This document shows positions 1-10,364 of a stretch of 64,000 bases of DNA, piece by piece. A program made the position numbers and the translations under genes. Source of the stretch: a virus; IMG/VR virus record IMGVR_UViG_3300007609_001486, positions 18,511 through 82,510 of that record; one strand, given 5' to 3'. The notes beneath the pieces were generated by a model. It searched no databases. It was not told the origin of the DNA and saw only the letters and a list, made by a program, of their open reading frames with translations. Within the stretch, counting starts at the first letter, position 1. Each line of letters opens with the position of its first letter.

Positions 1-3000
1 AATTGGAACGAACTACAACCGGGCGCAACCGTGGATGTATATGAATGGGTAGAATCTAATTTATTGCCCAGTAGTTGGGACAGTATAACAAACACCGCTC
101 AAGGGGATGTGCTAGGCATTACAGGTGTAACACTATACGGCAACGACAGATACAGCAAACGTTTTACCTATGACAGAGAAAGTCAGACATTCAGAGAAGT
201 GTACTATTATTGGGTAAAGAACAAAAGAACAGTGCCTAATATAGAAGGCAGAACGCTTTCTGCATTGGATATTGCGAGGCTTATTGCTCAACCAAGGGAA
301 CAAGGCTATCGTCATGTAAATTTCTTGTCCGACAACAGATTGGTTTTAAACAACTGCAAGCCTTTGATAGAAAACGAAGATGTGGTTTTGAATATCGATT
401 ATGTTTTGGACAAATTGGATGACCAAAACACTCACAGTGCCTATCAGATAATCACAGATGGTTTAGCATCCAGTGTTCCGCACACTGACATCGAACAGAA
501 ATGGTTTGACAGTTTGATAGGCGTAGATAAAAATCAAAAGTCTGTTCCAGACATCAGCCTACCTGAAAATCAAAAATACGGTGTACAAACAAGACCTCGC
601 CAGTCAATGTTTAGAAACAGACCTGAGGCACTTAAACAGGTTATTACGAGAACAAATATTGCGTTAGAATCTAACTTGATTGTAGATGACAGAGACATCA
701 GTGATTTGTTACAAGCAGACGAGATTCCTAACCAAGCGTCTGGTCTTTACGATCTAAGTGTTGATACAAAAGACGAAATGCTGCTTTTAGGCGTTAAGTT
801 CACACAAGCCGAATTAAAGCCGGTTATAATAAACGGAAGAATTATAAGGGTAGAAATCATAAACAGAGGTAGAGGTTATAAACTTCCGCCTTCTTATGTT
901 GTGCAAGGAACTGGTTCAGAAGCAGCAATTGACCTTGATATCAATAATCTTGGCCAGATAACTGCTGCCAGGGTAACCAATCCTGGAAAAAATTATGATG
1001 GTAACACAAAAATAACAGTAAGGCCTTTTGCGGTTTTGGTCAACACCGATGAGGATGCACAAGGCAGATGGTCCATTTACAATTACCAATCTGACAATGA
1101 TAGTTGGTTTAGAACACGTATTCAAACCTTCGATGTAAGCAGATATTGGGAGTATGCAGATTGGTATGATCAAGGATTCAATCAACTCTCAGAAATTGAT
1201 CATTATGTTGATGCACAGTATCAACTAAATGCGTTAGAGGATAACATAGGGGATACAATTAAAATAGCCAATGTGGGATCTGGAGGATGGTTGCTTCTCA
1301 GAAAAATAAACAATACCGATCAAAACTCCGCTGTGGACTACGAAGTAGTGGGCAGACAGAACGGAACAATCCAGTTCAAAGCCAGCTTGTATGATTACAA
1401 TCTAGGAGGTCCAGGCTTTGATAATCGCAGTTTTGGAGAATTATTCTATGATGATACTCCCACTACCGAACTGAGGATTATTCTAGAAACCATAAGAGAT
1501 AAATTGTTTACAGGAAATCTGCGCACAGAATATAACCAGCTATTCATAGCCAGTCTACGTTATGTTTTGAACGAGCAAAAAAATCCAGATTGGTTTTTCA
1601 AAACCAGCTTTGTGAAATTAGCCCACTCAGCAGGCACCCTAGACCAAGATTTGACCTATAATTTTGACAACCTTCAAAGCTATGTAGATTATGTGAATGA
1701 AGTAAAACCGTTCAGTACCGTAGTTAGAGAATTTGTAAGTCATTATACCAAGAATGAAGATTCAAACACTTCAGTGTCTGACTTTGATTTGCCTGCGTCC
1801 TACAACTTGTTGTCAGAAAAAATAGAGCCTGTGGATGTGTTTGTAACCGAAGGCATTGCTGTGCACGACAGCGAATTGCTGGAAAAATATCCTAGGAAGT
1901 ATTGGTTGGATAATTTTGGCTATTCGATAACAGAAATATCTTTGATAGATGGAGGTAGCTTATATACTACCGCTCCTAGGGTAACCATAACCGGCGGGTT
2001 TGGCAAAGGTGCAAAAGCCCAGGCGTTTATTGGATATGGCAGTGTTACAAAGATAATTGTAACCCATCCTGGCACCGGATACACAAAGCGCCCGACGGTG
2101 GAAATTCAACCTCCGCCTAATTCAGCTGGTACTACAGCAAGAGCAGTTGCGAATTTAGGAGATTCGCCTGTAAGATCAGTTAGCACAAGATTGAAATTTG
2201 ACAGAAATACTATTTCGAATCTTTATACAGCTGAGACTCTTGCAGAGACAGAAATATTCACGGGCACGGGTGCAGACACAGACTTCACTTTGAAATGGCC
2301 AATGGATTTAAAAACCACCAGTATCTCTGTAACCATTGACGGACAGGACATTTTCCAAAGCCAATTTGAAATTGAAAACACAATTGACAGTAGTAAATCC
2401 TATACCAGACAGCTTGGAAAAATCAGATTTGCTAATCCTCCTGCTAAAGATGCTGTGATTATAATAAATTATCACAAGAATATTTCTTTGCTTAATGCGG
2501 TTGACAGAATAAAATTTGCATATACTCCGGATACAGGAATGTTTGGTGCACCGAAACTAGACGAGAACAAGTACGATTATAGTCAGCTAATGGAAGGCGT
2601 AGACTTTGGCGGAGTGGAAATCAAGAGCTTTGATTTTGTTACCAGTTCTGGTTGGGACACAGAAGGTTGGTTCAACGACATTTGGGACGACGCTGAACCA
2701 CCAGAAGACGAAGTTGTAACACTGGATGACTCCACAAATATTATCATATTAAACGAGCCTCTAGAAGACGGTGTAACATACAACATATATCGTGTAAGTT
2801 ATAAGGTTAACACAGACGGCATAGAAGAAATATACTCTAACGTAAGATTGGACGATCCAAACTTCGGCACGCCAGGCCAGACAAATTTAAATGCTGTGTG
2901 TGCGCCTTTACAAGGAGACGGAAGTACCCAAGTGGTGGATTTGGATGACCTTGGAATTCGCGTAGATCCCCAGGCAGAAGAAGACAGGGTCACAATTGTT

Positions 3001-3936
3001 GTGAGAAAAACTACTAGCGATGGCGCTATGACTCCGGATAGAAACATTTATGATGCAGACATAGATGGTGGTAGGTTAGATTATGGTAATGCAAAAGGTG
3101 TAAATGCGGAAGAAATTGTTATAGATGGCGACGGATTCGTCACCGAATTCAATGCCGGCGGCGTAGAAGAACTGGTTCCTGGACAGATATTGGATACTTT
3201 AGATATGCAAGTCACAACCAAAGGAGATGACTCAAGCACCGTGGTTAAGTATAGAATATTCAAAGACATATTGAACAGAACCAGTTATAAGAGAATTGAC
3301 ACGGCCGCCACTGTATTGACAGAGGCCCTAGGACAAGATGATCTCAGCATTGTGGTTGAAAGCACAGAAAACTTGCCCACTCCAAATCGTAATCGTAATT
3401 TACCAGGCGTGATTTGGTTAGGAAAAGAAAGAATAGAATATTTTGTAAAAGAAGAAAACAAGCTGAGACAAATACGCAGGGGTACACTAGGGACCGGAGT
3501 TGCAAATGTCCATCCAGTAGGCACGGAAGTATATGACCAAAGTGCGCTGAAAAACATACCATATAGAGATCTAGAACAAACTCAAACTGCAACTAATGTA
3601 GACGAAGTTGTGCTTAATTTCCGTCCTGCATCAGCCTCAGAATTTGAGATGTTTGTTAACGGAATTCGTTTAAATGGGCGCGATGTTGCTGAGTTTGATC
3701 CTGCTAAAGATCAAGATTCCCCAGAAGGCGATGTAATTCGCGCGGCAGATTTTGAATTGGATTACTCCAGCGAAGATGGAGATGTCAAGGTAATAATAAC
3801 GAATTCTGATATTTTGGAAATGTCCACAAAAAATATCGTTATCGTAAGAAAGGCAGGCAGCCTATGGCAAAACCGCGGAGAGTCACTGGCTGAAACAAAT
3901 ACAAATATAGGATTTTTCTTAAGATCTGGAAACTAA
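1..3936 (+). CDS. Very large virion structural protein (baseplate wedge/tail-associated), 5'-truncated by window edge
   Basis: Frame is open from base 1 (NWNELQPGATVDVYEW...), more than 1300 aa. Repeated 'GxGY...P.V.I.GG.G.GA.A' beta-rich motifs typical of large myovirus baseplate proteins. Heads an operon of tail genes. Confidence 0.7.
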   Translation, partial: NWNELQPGATVDVYEWVESNLLPSSWDSITNTAQGDVLGITGVTLYGNDRYSKRFTYDRESQTFREVYYYWVKNKRTVPNIEGRTLSALDIARLIAQPREQGYRHVNFLSDNRLVLNNCKPLIENEDVVLNIDYVLDKLDDQNTHSAYQIITDGLASSVPHTDIEQKWFDSLIGVDKNQKSVPDISLPENQKYGVQTRPRQSMFRNRPEALKQVITRTNIALESNLIVDDRDISDLLQADEIPNQASGLYDLSVDTKDEMLLLGVKFTQAELKPVIINGRIIRVEIINRGRGYKLPPSYVVQGTGSEAAIDLDINNLGQITAARVTNPGKNYDGNTKITVRPFAVLVNTDEDAQGRWSIYNYQSDNDSWFRTRIQTFDVSRYWEYADWYDQGFNQLSEIDHYVDAQYQLNALEDNIGDTIKIANVGSGGWLLLRKINNTDQNSAVDYEVVGRQNGTIQFKASLYDYNLGGPGFDNRSFGELFYDDTPTTELRIILETIRDKLFTGNLRTEYNQLFIASLRYVLNEQKNPDWFFKTSFVKLAHSAGTLDQDLTYNFDNLQSYVDYVNEVKPFSTVVREFVSHYTKNEDSNTSVSDFDLPASYNLLSEKIEPVDVFVTEGIAVHDSELLEKYPRKYWLDNFGYSITEISLIDGGSLYTTAPRVTITGGFGKGAKAQAFIGYGSVTKIIVTHPGTGYTKRPTVEIQPPPNSAGTTARAVANLGDSPVRSVSTRLKFDRNTISNLYTAETLAETEIFTGTGADTDFTLKWPMDLKTTSISVTIDGQDIFQSQFEIENTIDSSKSYTRQLGKIRFANPPAKDAVIIINYHKNISLLNAVDRIKFAYTPDTGMFGAPKLDENKYDYSQLMEGVDFGGVEIKSFDFVTSSGWDTEGWFNDIWDDAEPPEDEVVTLDDSTNIIILNEPLEDGVTYNIYRVSYKVNTDGIEEIYSNVRLDDPNFGTPGQTNLNAVCAPLQGDGSTQVVDLDDLGIRVDPQAEEDRVTIVVRKTTSDGAMTPDRNIYDADIDGGRLDYGNAKGVNAEEIVIDGDGFVTEFNAGGVEELVPGQILDTLDMQVTTKGDDSSTVVKYRIFKDILNRTSYKRIDTAATVLTEALGQDDLSIVVESTENLPTPNRNRNLPGVIWLGKERIEYFVKEENKLRQIRRGTLGTGVANVHPVGTEVYDQSALKNIPYRDLEQTQTATNVDEVVLNFRPASASEFEMFVNGIRLNGRDVAEFDPAKDQDSPEGDVIRAADFELDYSSEDGDVKVIITNSDILEMSTKNIVIVRKAGSLWQNRGESLAETNTNIGFFLRSGN

Positions 3937-3942
3937 TAAATA
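3935..3942 (+). promoter_or_regulatory. T4-late-like promoter (AATAAATA)
   Basis: 7/8 match to TATAAATA, 19 nt before ATG 3962, with an AGGA SD in between. Confidence 0.5.
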
Positions 3943-3961
3943 CACGTATAGGAAAACACAA

Positions 3962-4576
3962 ATGAACAGTCTAAAAGATTTAAATGGAATTTCAGTGCAA
4001 GGTCATATAAAAATCTATGATCCGCAGAGCCAAGAAATTTACATCGAAAAAAGAAATGCAATCCATTACGAAAATATGAGTGTGGCCTTGGCAGAAAGTA
4101 TTGCTAATCTAGGTCAAGGATTTATCTACGAAATCAGTTTCGGAAATGGAGGAACCAGTGTTGACCCAACCGGAATAATAGCATACTTGACTCCTAACAG
4201 CACCGGAACCAACGCAGATTTATACAATCAGACATATTCCAAAGTGGTAGTAGATGACGGTACGCTGAACACAAATCCTGCACAGAACTTTATTGAAACA
4301 AGACATGTAAGCGGAACGAATTACACAGATGTTTTGGTAAGCGTGTTGCTAGACTACGATGAACCAGAAGGCCAAGAAGCCTTTGATAATGCCACTGATA
4401 TGGAGAGTAATTTTGTGTTCGACGAACTCGGACTGAGAAGCAGATCCGCCGACCCTAATGGCACCGGTAGGCTTATCACCCATGTGATTTTTCATCCCGT
4501 GCAAAAAAGTCTCAACAGACAAATTCAAATCGATTACACTGTGCGAATTCAAAGTCTGAGCGGAGGTAATCTATAA
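3962..4576 (+). CDS. Virion structural protein (baseplate/tail-fibre associated)
   Basis: 204 aa. 'GHIKIYD...NAIH', 'FGNGG', 'FDELGL', 'FHPVQKS.NR...IDY' pattern resembles phage baseplate proteins. Structural operon context. Confidence 0.6.
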   Translation: MNSLKDLNGISVQGHIKIYDPQSQEIYIEKRNAIHYENMSVALAESIANLGQGFIYEISFGNGGTSVDPTGIIAYLTPNSTGTNADLYNQTYSKVVVDDGTLNTNPAQNFIETRHVSGTNYTDVLVSVLLDYDEPEGQEAFDNATDMESNFVFDELGLRSRSADPNGTGRLITHVIFHPVQKSLNRQIQIDYTVRIQSLSGGNL

Positions 4577-6927
4577 TGCCCTACAGTATTAGATTCACAG
4601 ATTTTCAAAACAAAGGCGAAATAGTAGTAGAAGATAGCACGTTAAACACAGACACAAGCCTAAGCATTCCTGGCAAAGGTGCCACAGGATATGGAAAATC
4701 TGTGGCAGAGAATTTCCTACATCTTCTAGAAAATTTCGCAGGGTCTAATGAACCTACTAATCCGATAGAAGGTCAACTATGGTACGACACTAGCAATGGT
4801 GTCGACCAACTTAAAATTTATGATGCTACCCAATGGAGAACTGCTAGCGGATTTACCAAAAGTGGAAGCCAACCTGCCGCGTCACAGAGCGAAGCAGGAG
4901 ATCTATGGGTAGATGTTAACAACCAACAATTATTTGTTTACACCGGAAACAGTTGGCAACTTATTGGACCAGAATTTGGTTCGGGTTTGCTTACTGGAGG
5001 CCAGGCAGAAAAAGTCATTGACATTGACAATATTGAAAGACAGGTATTCACTGTAAAGATTGACGATGTACCTTTTCTAATCTTAAGTGGCATTGAGTTC
5101 ACTCCAAAAGCCAAAATTCCAGGATTTACAACTATCAAACAGGGGTTCAACCTAAAGAATGACAATCCACTGGTCGCAAATAATCCCATTAAATTTGTCG
5201 GTGTAGCAGAATCTGCTAAATCTTTGACCGTAGAAACAGATTCAGGGTCACAGAATGTGCAGTCTGAAAACTTTATTAGAAAAGACGCCCCTGGGATAAT
5301 AGATGAGACGCTGAAAATTAAGAACAATGCAGGTATTAATGTAGGAGTTGATGATCAATTTGGTCTAGTAATTAACCAGAACAGTGTTGAGTTGCGCAAT
5401 AATGTAAACGTAAGTTCTGTAGACGTCATCCTCAGGGATAGAAATGCATTTAATAACATTCTCAGGGTCAAAAGTGATAAAAGAGTGGGCATTAATAATT
5501 TGGCGCCTGAAGCTGAGTTGGATGTGGTGGGTAACATCAAAGTATCTCCATTTTCTGACAATGTTGACAGCGGAAAAATTCTAATCACAAACAAGACAGA
5601 CAGCACTGCATTTGACAGCGGTTCATTTGTCACACAAGGCGGCGCTGGCGTTGCGATGAATTTGAATGTAGGCGCCGATCTAGGAGTGAACGGGGTGAGC
5701 ACATTCAACAACGATCTTAAACCGTTACCTGGTAGCCGTCCTAACATAGGCGAGCAGTCTAACATCTTTGGAAATGTATATGCGGACAGTTTTGTAGGAA
5801 ATCTGCAAGGAGATGTAACTGGCAGACTGAGTGGTATATCTGAGTTCGCAAACCAGCTTACTAATGCTACAACCTTCAACGTTAATGGTGATGTGGAAAG
5901 TGACAGTTTTGATTTTGACGGCGCAACCGGCGGCAACACCAAGACATTTAATATTTCTATCAAAAACAGTTTTATTGCAAACAAAACACAGATAAGCAGT
6001 GTGGATAATTCAGACGAATTAATCGTAAACAAGGTCACTGGTAACACAGGTGTGTTTAAAGTAAGCAAGATTGATTTCTTAAAAAGTGTGCCGGTTACTC
6101 CGATAGGAACTCTAGTACCTTACGCAGGACAAACTGCGCCCACAGGTTGGTTGTTATGTGACGGTTCTGTGGTTCTTAAGAGCGATTACAACGATTTATG
6201 GCAAACTATCGGCCACAGTTTTAGAGATCCTACCCTGCTCGAAGACGGCGGCGCACTCAGTTTTGCGTTACCTGACATGCGAGGCCGTTTCCCATTAGGT
6301 GTAGACAACATGGGCGGCCAAGCGGCAAACAGAGTAACTAGTTCAATCCAGAGTTTTACAAATGTGCGTGGCGAAAACACGATTGGAACGGGCTTCAATG
6401 CTGTGTTTAATGTGCAGTCCAGCGTGGGTGTATATAGTGTACAAATTGCACAGGCAGGACAAAACTATCAAGTAGGTGACAGAATTTTAATCACAGGTGA
6501 CATATTCGGTGGTGCTAGTCCTACCCACGATCTTGCAATTACAGTTACTAATGTTACTAATGGTGCAATTACGAATTTTACATTCGATGGTACAGCGTTC
6601 CAAGGCGCTGGGCCAGATCAAGTAGGATCTAATGCTGGACTTCAAAGCAGAGCAATTGAAGTAAGGAATCTGCCAGAGCACGAGCACGACTTACAAGGCG
6701 ATCAAAGCCAATTCTATGCAGTTTCACAAAGACCGCAAGATCCCGATAATCCGGGACAATTGCAAACAGATAACGATGCTATTCCTATTGCGCTTGAGCC
6801 AGGCGCTACAGGATTCCAAGGTGTTCCTAACACAGGGGGCGTAGACGCATCTACTACGCTGGGAGTGCCACTTAATGTAATGAATCCGTATTTGGCTTTG
6901 AATTATCTAATTTATGCAGGGACCTAA
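4576..6927 (+). CDS. Tail fibre protein with phage tail collar domain
   Basis: 783 aa. Collar motif PIGTLVPYAGQTAPTGWLLCDG...FALPDMRGRFPLG, HxH (EHEHD) metal motif and C-terminal NVMNPYLALNYLIY. Confidence 0.85.
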   Translation: MPYSIRFTDFQNKGEIVVEDSTLNTDTSLSIPGKGATGYGKSVAENFLHLLENFAGSNEPTNPIEGQLWYDTSNGVDQLKIYDATQWRTASGFTKSGSQPAASQSEAGDLWVDVNNQQLFVYTGNSWQLIGPEFGSGLLTGGQAEKVIDIDNIERQVFTVKIDDVPFLILSGIEFTPKAKIPGFTTIKQGFNLKNDNPLVANNPIKFVGVAESAKSLTVETDSGSQNVQSENFIRKDAPGIIDETLKIKNNAGINVGVDDQFGLVINQNSVELRNNVNVSSVDVILRDRNAFNNILRVKSDKRVGINNLAPEAELDVVGNIKVSPFSDNVDSGKILITNKTDSTAFDSGSFVTQGGAGVAMNLNVGADLGVNGVSTFNNDLKPLPGSRPNIGEQSNIFGNVYADSFVGNLQGDVTGRLSGISEFANQLTNATTFNVNGDVESDSFDFDGATGGNTKTFNISIKNSFIANKTQISSVDNSDELIVNKVTGNTGVFKVSKIDFLKSVPVTPIGTLVPYAGQTAPTGWLLCDGSVVLKSDYNDLWQTIGHSFRDPTLLEDGGALSFALPDMRGRFPLGVDNMGGQAANRVTSSIQSFTNVRGENTIGTGFNAVFNVQSSVGVYSVQIAQAGQNYQVGDRILITGDIFGGASPTHDLAITVTNVTNGAITNFTFDGTAFQGAGPDQVGSNAGLQSRAIEVRNLPEHEHDLQGDQSQFYAVSQRPQDPDNPGQLQTDNDAIPIALEPGATGFQGVPNTGGVDASTTLGVPLNVMNPYLALNYLIYAGT

Positions 6928-6929
6928 AC

Positions 6930-8798
6930 ATGAGTTATCAACTTAATAAGACAGACGGCACAATATTAGTTGAATTAGTAGATGGAAGATTAGATACTAG
7001 TTCAACAAATTTAACTTTAGTAGGAAGGGGGTATCGTGGATACGGTGAAGTCTTCAATGAAAACTTCATAAAACTTCTAGAAAATTTTGCAAACACTTCT
7101 GCACCAAGTAATCCTCTTAGGGGACAAATATGGTGGGATACTGCAAACGATAAACTAAACATTTGGACAGGAGATCAATGGCGGGCGAATGCAGAGCCTT
7201 ACGTGCAGGCCACACAGCCACTAGACTTGTTGCCGGGGGAATTTTGGTATAACAGCAGAGATAACCAATTGTTCTTCACAAATAATTCTAGTGATCCTGT
7301 ATTGATAGGTCCTTCATTTACATCCAGTCAGGGAAAAAGCGGTCTTTTTGTTGAAAATATATTAAGTGCTGAAAATCAAACTTTCGCTATTGTTAAATTA
7401 TTTATTGCTAATTTAGCAGTTGGAGTTTTCAGCAACAGTGAATTTACTCCTGCTATTGAAAATAGAATCGAGGAATTAGTATCGGCCGATAACCCCTTGG
7501 GAATTATTTTCAAAGGTTTTAATGCGTTTGACAAGGCACAATTCAAATACATAGGCACCGCCGAAAATGCTACAAAGCTTGAAGCACCTGACGGAAGTTT
7601 GATTTCTGCAGATCAATTCTTGAGAGCGGATCAAAATTCTCTCATGCGCGGATCTTTGGAAATTAGAAACCAAAATGGATTGGTGTTCTCAACCGCAGGC
7701 GCAAGATATGTAAACATGCGACCTCAAGGGGAAAACTTTTTCATAGAAAATCAGCTAGCAAATTCCGACATTGCGTTAAGAGTGCGATCACAAAAATTTC
7801 AAGGTAGTATTGTAAATGCTTTGTATGTGGATGCTAGCGAAGGCAGGATTGGAATTTTCAACAGAAGCCGCTTACCGGCATACACATTGGATGTAGAAGG
7901 GGATATCAGAGTTACAGGCGACTTGTTAGTAGAAGGGACCAATTTAATAACCCAGACAGAAACAGTGCAGATTGAGGACAAAAATCTAGAGATTGGCCTT
8001 GTCTCAAGTCCGACAGATACTACAGCAGCCGATGGCGGCATCATTCTTAAAGGCACAACGGATAAAACAATCCTGTGGAAGCAAGATACCGGATCTTGGA
8101 CGTTCAGTGAAAGCATTAATATTGATGATGCAGGAAATAGCTTATCAATAAATGGGAGCGAAAAGCTTTCTAACAACGCACTCACAAACATAGAATTTGC
8201 CACAGATTTAAAAGAAATTGGCACTTTGGAATTCTTGAATGTGGATAATATTGGCATTGATGGAAATGATATCAGCAGCAGTTCTAATTTGCAATTAACA
8301 GCTGCGGATGATATTATCCTTACCACTACAGGACCAATGCAGTTTGCATCACCCAGACAGATCAAAAACGTTGCAACTCCAACAGGAGTAAATGATGTAA
8401 CTAACAAAGCATATGTAGATTCTGAGATTGAATTGAGTCCAATAGTGATGACCTGGGATGTTACAGGATTAGATACAATACCCACATTCCTACTGGATTT
8501 GGCCGAATTTATAGACGACTTATATCCAGCGAACACAGCAAATGTGGGCAAGGTAGCTAGGTTACATACTTACAGCTACTCAGCAGTATCCTATACAGTG
8601 CCAAGCACCATTGCAAATGTGTTAGTAGATGCTAACGGCACATTGAATCAACAGGTAGTAGAAGCAATAGCATTTCAAAATATTCCATTTGGTAACCCCA
8701 ATAGGAAGCTAGAAGAATTTGAAGTACAGTTGGTTGATCCAGGCACAGGAACACCTGTTCCTACATGGGTTCATCAGTCTACATTGCGAGATTATTAA
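6930..8798 (+). CDS. Tail fibre/baseplate protein (N-terminal module shared with neighbours)
   Basis: 622 aa. Shares 'GYG...ENF..LLENFA...P.NP..GQ.W.D' with the ORFs at 4576 and 8834. Contains 'DVTNKAYVD' fibre motif. Confidence 0.75.
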   Translation: MSYQLNKTDGTILVELVDGRLDTSSTNLTLVGRGYRGYGEVFNENFIKLLENFANTSAPSNPLRGQIWWDTANDKLNIWTGDQWRANAEPYVQATQPLDLLPGEFWYNSRDNQLFFTNNSSDPVLIGPSFTSSQGKSGLFVENILSAENQTFAIVKLFIANLAVGVFSNSEFTPAIENRIEELVSADNPLGIIFKGFNAFDKAQFKYIGTAENATKLEAPDGSLISADQFLRADQNSLMRGSLEIRNQNGLVFSTAGARYVNMRPQGENFFIENQLANSDIALRVRSQKFQGSIVNALYVDASEGRIGIFNRSRLPAYTLDVEGDIRVTGDLLVEGTNLITQTETVQIEDKNLEIGLVSSPTDTTAADGGIILKGTTDKTILWKQDTGSWTFSESINIDDAGNSLSINGSEKLSNNALTNIEFATDLKEIGTLEFLNVDNIGIDGNDISSSSNLQLTAADDIILTTTGPMQFASPRQIKNVATPTGVNDVTNKAYVDSEIELSPIVMTWDVTGLDTIPTFLLDLAEFIDDLYPANTANVGKVARLHTYSYSAVSYTVPSTIANVLVDANGTLNQQVVEAIAFQNIPFGNPNRKLEEFEVQLVDPGTGTPVPTWVHQSTLRDY

Positions 8799-8806
8799 GA
8801 TAAATA
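8799..8806 (+). promoter_or_regulatory. T4-late-like promoter (GATAAATA)
   Basis: 7/8 match in an intergenic gap, 27 nt before ATG 8834, with an AGGGG SD. Confidence 0.5.
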
Positions 8807-8833
8807 TACTTTATAACAGGGGTTAAAAAAACA

Positions 8834-10354
8834 ATGGCTTACCAAATTGACAGATTCGACAATTCTTTGCTTACCACAGTTGAGGATGGAACGCTTGATC
8901 AAACAACCAATTTAAAATTTATTGGAAAAAATTATGCCGGTTATGGCGAAATACAAAACGAAAATTTTCTTTTCCTTTTAGAAAATTTTGCAGGCGGAAA
9001 TGCACCTACTAGAGCAATCCGTGGACAGCTTTGGTTCGACACAGCAGAAACAAAATTGAAATATTTTGTTGCAAGCGATGGAGCCGATCCTGGTGTAGGA
9101 TATTGGAAAAGCACAGGTGGATCCAGCGTATCAGCTTCCCAACCAACAGGACTTACAGAAGGCGATTTTTGGTGGGACAGCATCAATGGACAGTTATATG
9201 TCCGCAACGCTGACGGCAATTTTGTGCTTATCGGTCCACAATTGGCAGGCAGTGGCGTAACCAGTATGGTAAGTGATGAAGTGCAGGACAGTTCAGGTGT
9301 TTTGAGAAGCATAATCAAAGCGGTTGTAAATGATGATGTAATTTATATTATAAGCCCTACGGAGTTCTCACTCAACGAATTAACTCCGATAGAAGGGTAT
9401 GATAGGATTAAAAAAGGACTTACATTAAAGTGGACCAAAGTCTTAGATAATGGCGTTACAAACAGCGTAGGCGATAATACTAAAAATTACGAATTCCACG
9501 GCACTGCCTCTAATGCGCAGAAACTAGGCGGAGTAGCATTTGACCAGTTTGTCCTCAAGAGTAATCTTAACTTTTCAGGGTTGGTTGCTTTTGACGATGC
9601 AGGCTTAACCGTAGGTAATAATGTAATAAGAATTTACACCGAAGACACTGATAAAGGTGTAATTGGAAATCAAATCAGTGCATCTAACAGTGAAATTAGA
9701 ATCAAAACCACAGACGGCTCTGGAACTGCAACACATACATGGACTTTCGATATCACCGGGTTCAAACCAAAGCAAGACAATGCATTTGACATTGGCGGAG
9801 CAAACAATCGAGTCAAGGAAATCTATGCCGAACGTCTCAGAGGAGAAGCAGACGAATCCCGCACATTAAGAACTGACGGTGCATCTACCACACACGTTTC
9901 GGCTGATGTAGCGGCTACTCCTGAAAAAATTGCAACCAGAGACAGTAACGGTAATATCAACGCAAATCTTTTCCAAGGCACTGCAACGCAAGCTAGATTT
10001 GCTGACTTGGCAGAAAAATATACCACAGGCGAAGAGCTATCAGTAGGCACAGCGGTTGCAGTTTGTGCACACGGTGATCACGAAGTTCATCCAGCAAAGG
10101 CAAGCGATATATGCGTTGGCGTAATTTCACACAAGCCTGCATATTTGATGAACGCAGAAGCAGAAGGGCAAGCAGTAGGATTGAAAGGCAGGGTTCCTGT
10201 TAGGGTAACAGGACCAGTGTCAAAAGGCATGGCTGTGTATGCATACGATAATGGCGTATGTTCAACGATTGCCAGTGCTGCACTGGTAGGTATAGCATTG
10301 GAAACAAATCAAGACGAGGGCGAAAAACTAGTAGAGTGTATACTTAAAGTATAA
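8834..10354 (+). CDS. Tail fibre/spike protein with C-terminal intramolecular chaperone (peptidase G2-like) domain
   Basis: 506 aa. Shared N-terminal module. C-terminal 'FADLAEKY...VGVIS.KPAYLMN...VGLKGRVPVRV.GPV.KG'. Confidence 0.7.
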   Translation: MAYQIDRFDNSLLTTVEDGTLDQTTNLKFIGKNYAGYGEIQNENFLFLLENFAGGNAPTRAIRGQLWFDTAETKLKYFVASDGADPGVGYWKSTGGSSVSASQPTGLTEGDFWWDSINGQLYVRNADGNFVLIGPQLAGSGVTSMVSDEVQDSSGVLRSIIKAVVNDDVIYIISPTEFSLNELTPIEGYDRIKKGLTLKWTKVLDNGVTNSVGDNTKNYEFHGTASNAQKLGGVAFDQFVLKSNLNFSGLVAFDDAGLTVGNNVIRIYTEDTDKGVIGNQISASNSEIRIKTTDGSGTATHTWTFDITGFKPKQDNAFDIGGANNRVKEIYAERLRGEADESRTLRTDGASTTHVSADVAATPEKIATRDSNGNINANLFQGTATQARFADLAEKYTTGEELSVGTAVAVCAHGDHEVHPAKASDICVGVISHKPAYLMNAEAEGQAVGLKGRVPVRVTGPVSKGMAVYAYDNGVCSTIASAALVGIALETNQDEGEKLVECILKV

Positions 10355-10364
10355 GGAATAGGTT

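Noticed and set aside
5355-8551. Long antisense ORFs (237 aa at 5355-6068 and 250 aa at 7799-8551) and many similar short ones
   Set aside because: Fully nested opposite well-supported genes, with Leu/Ser/Pro-rich shadow composition and no SD or motifs.
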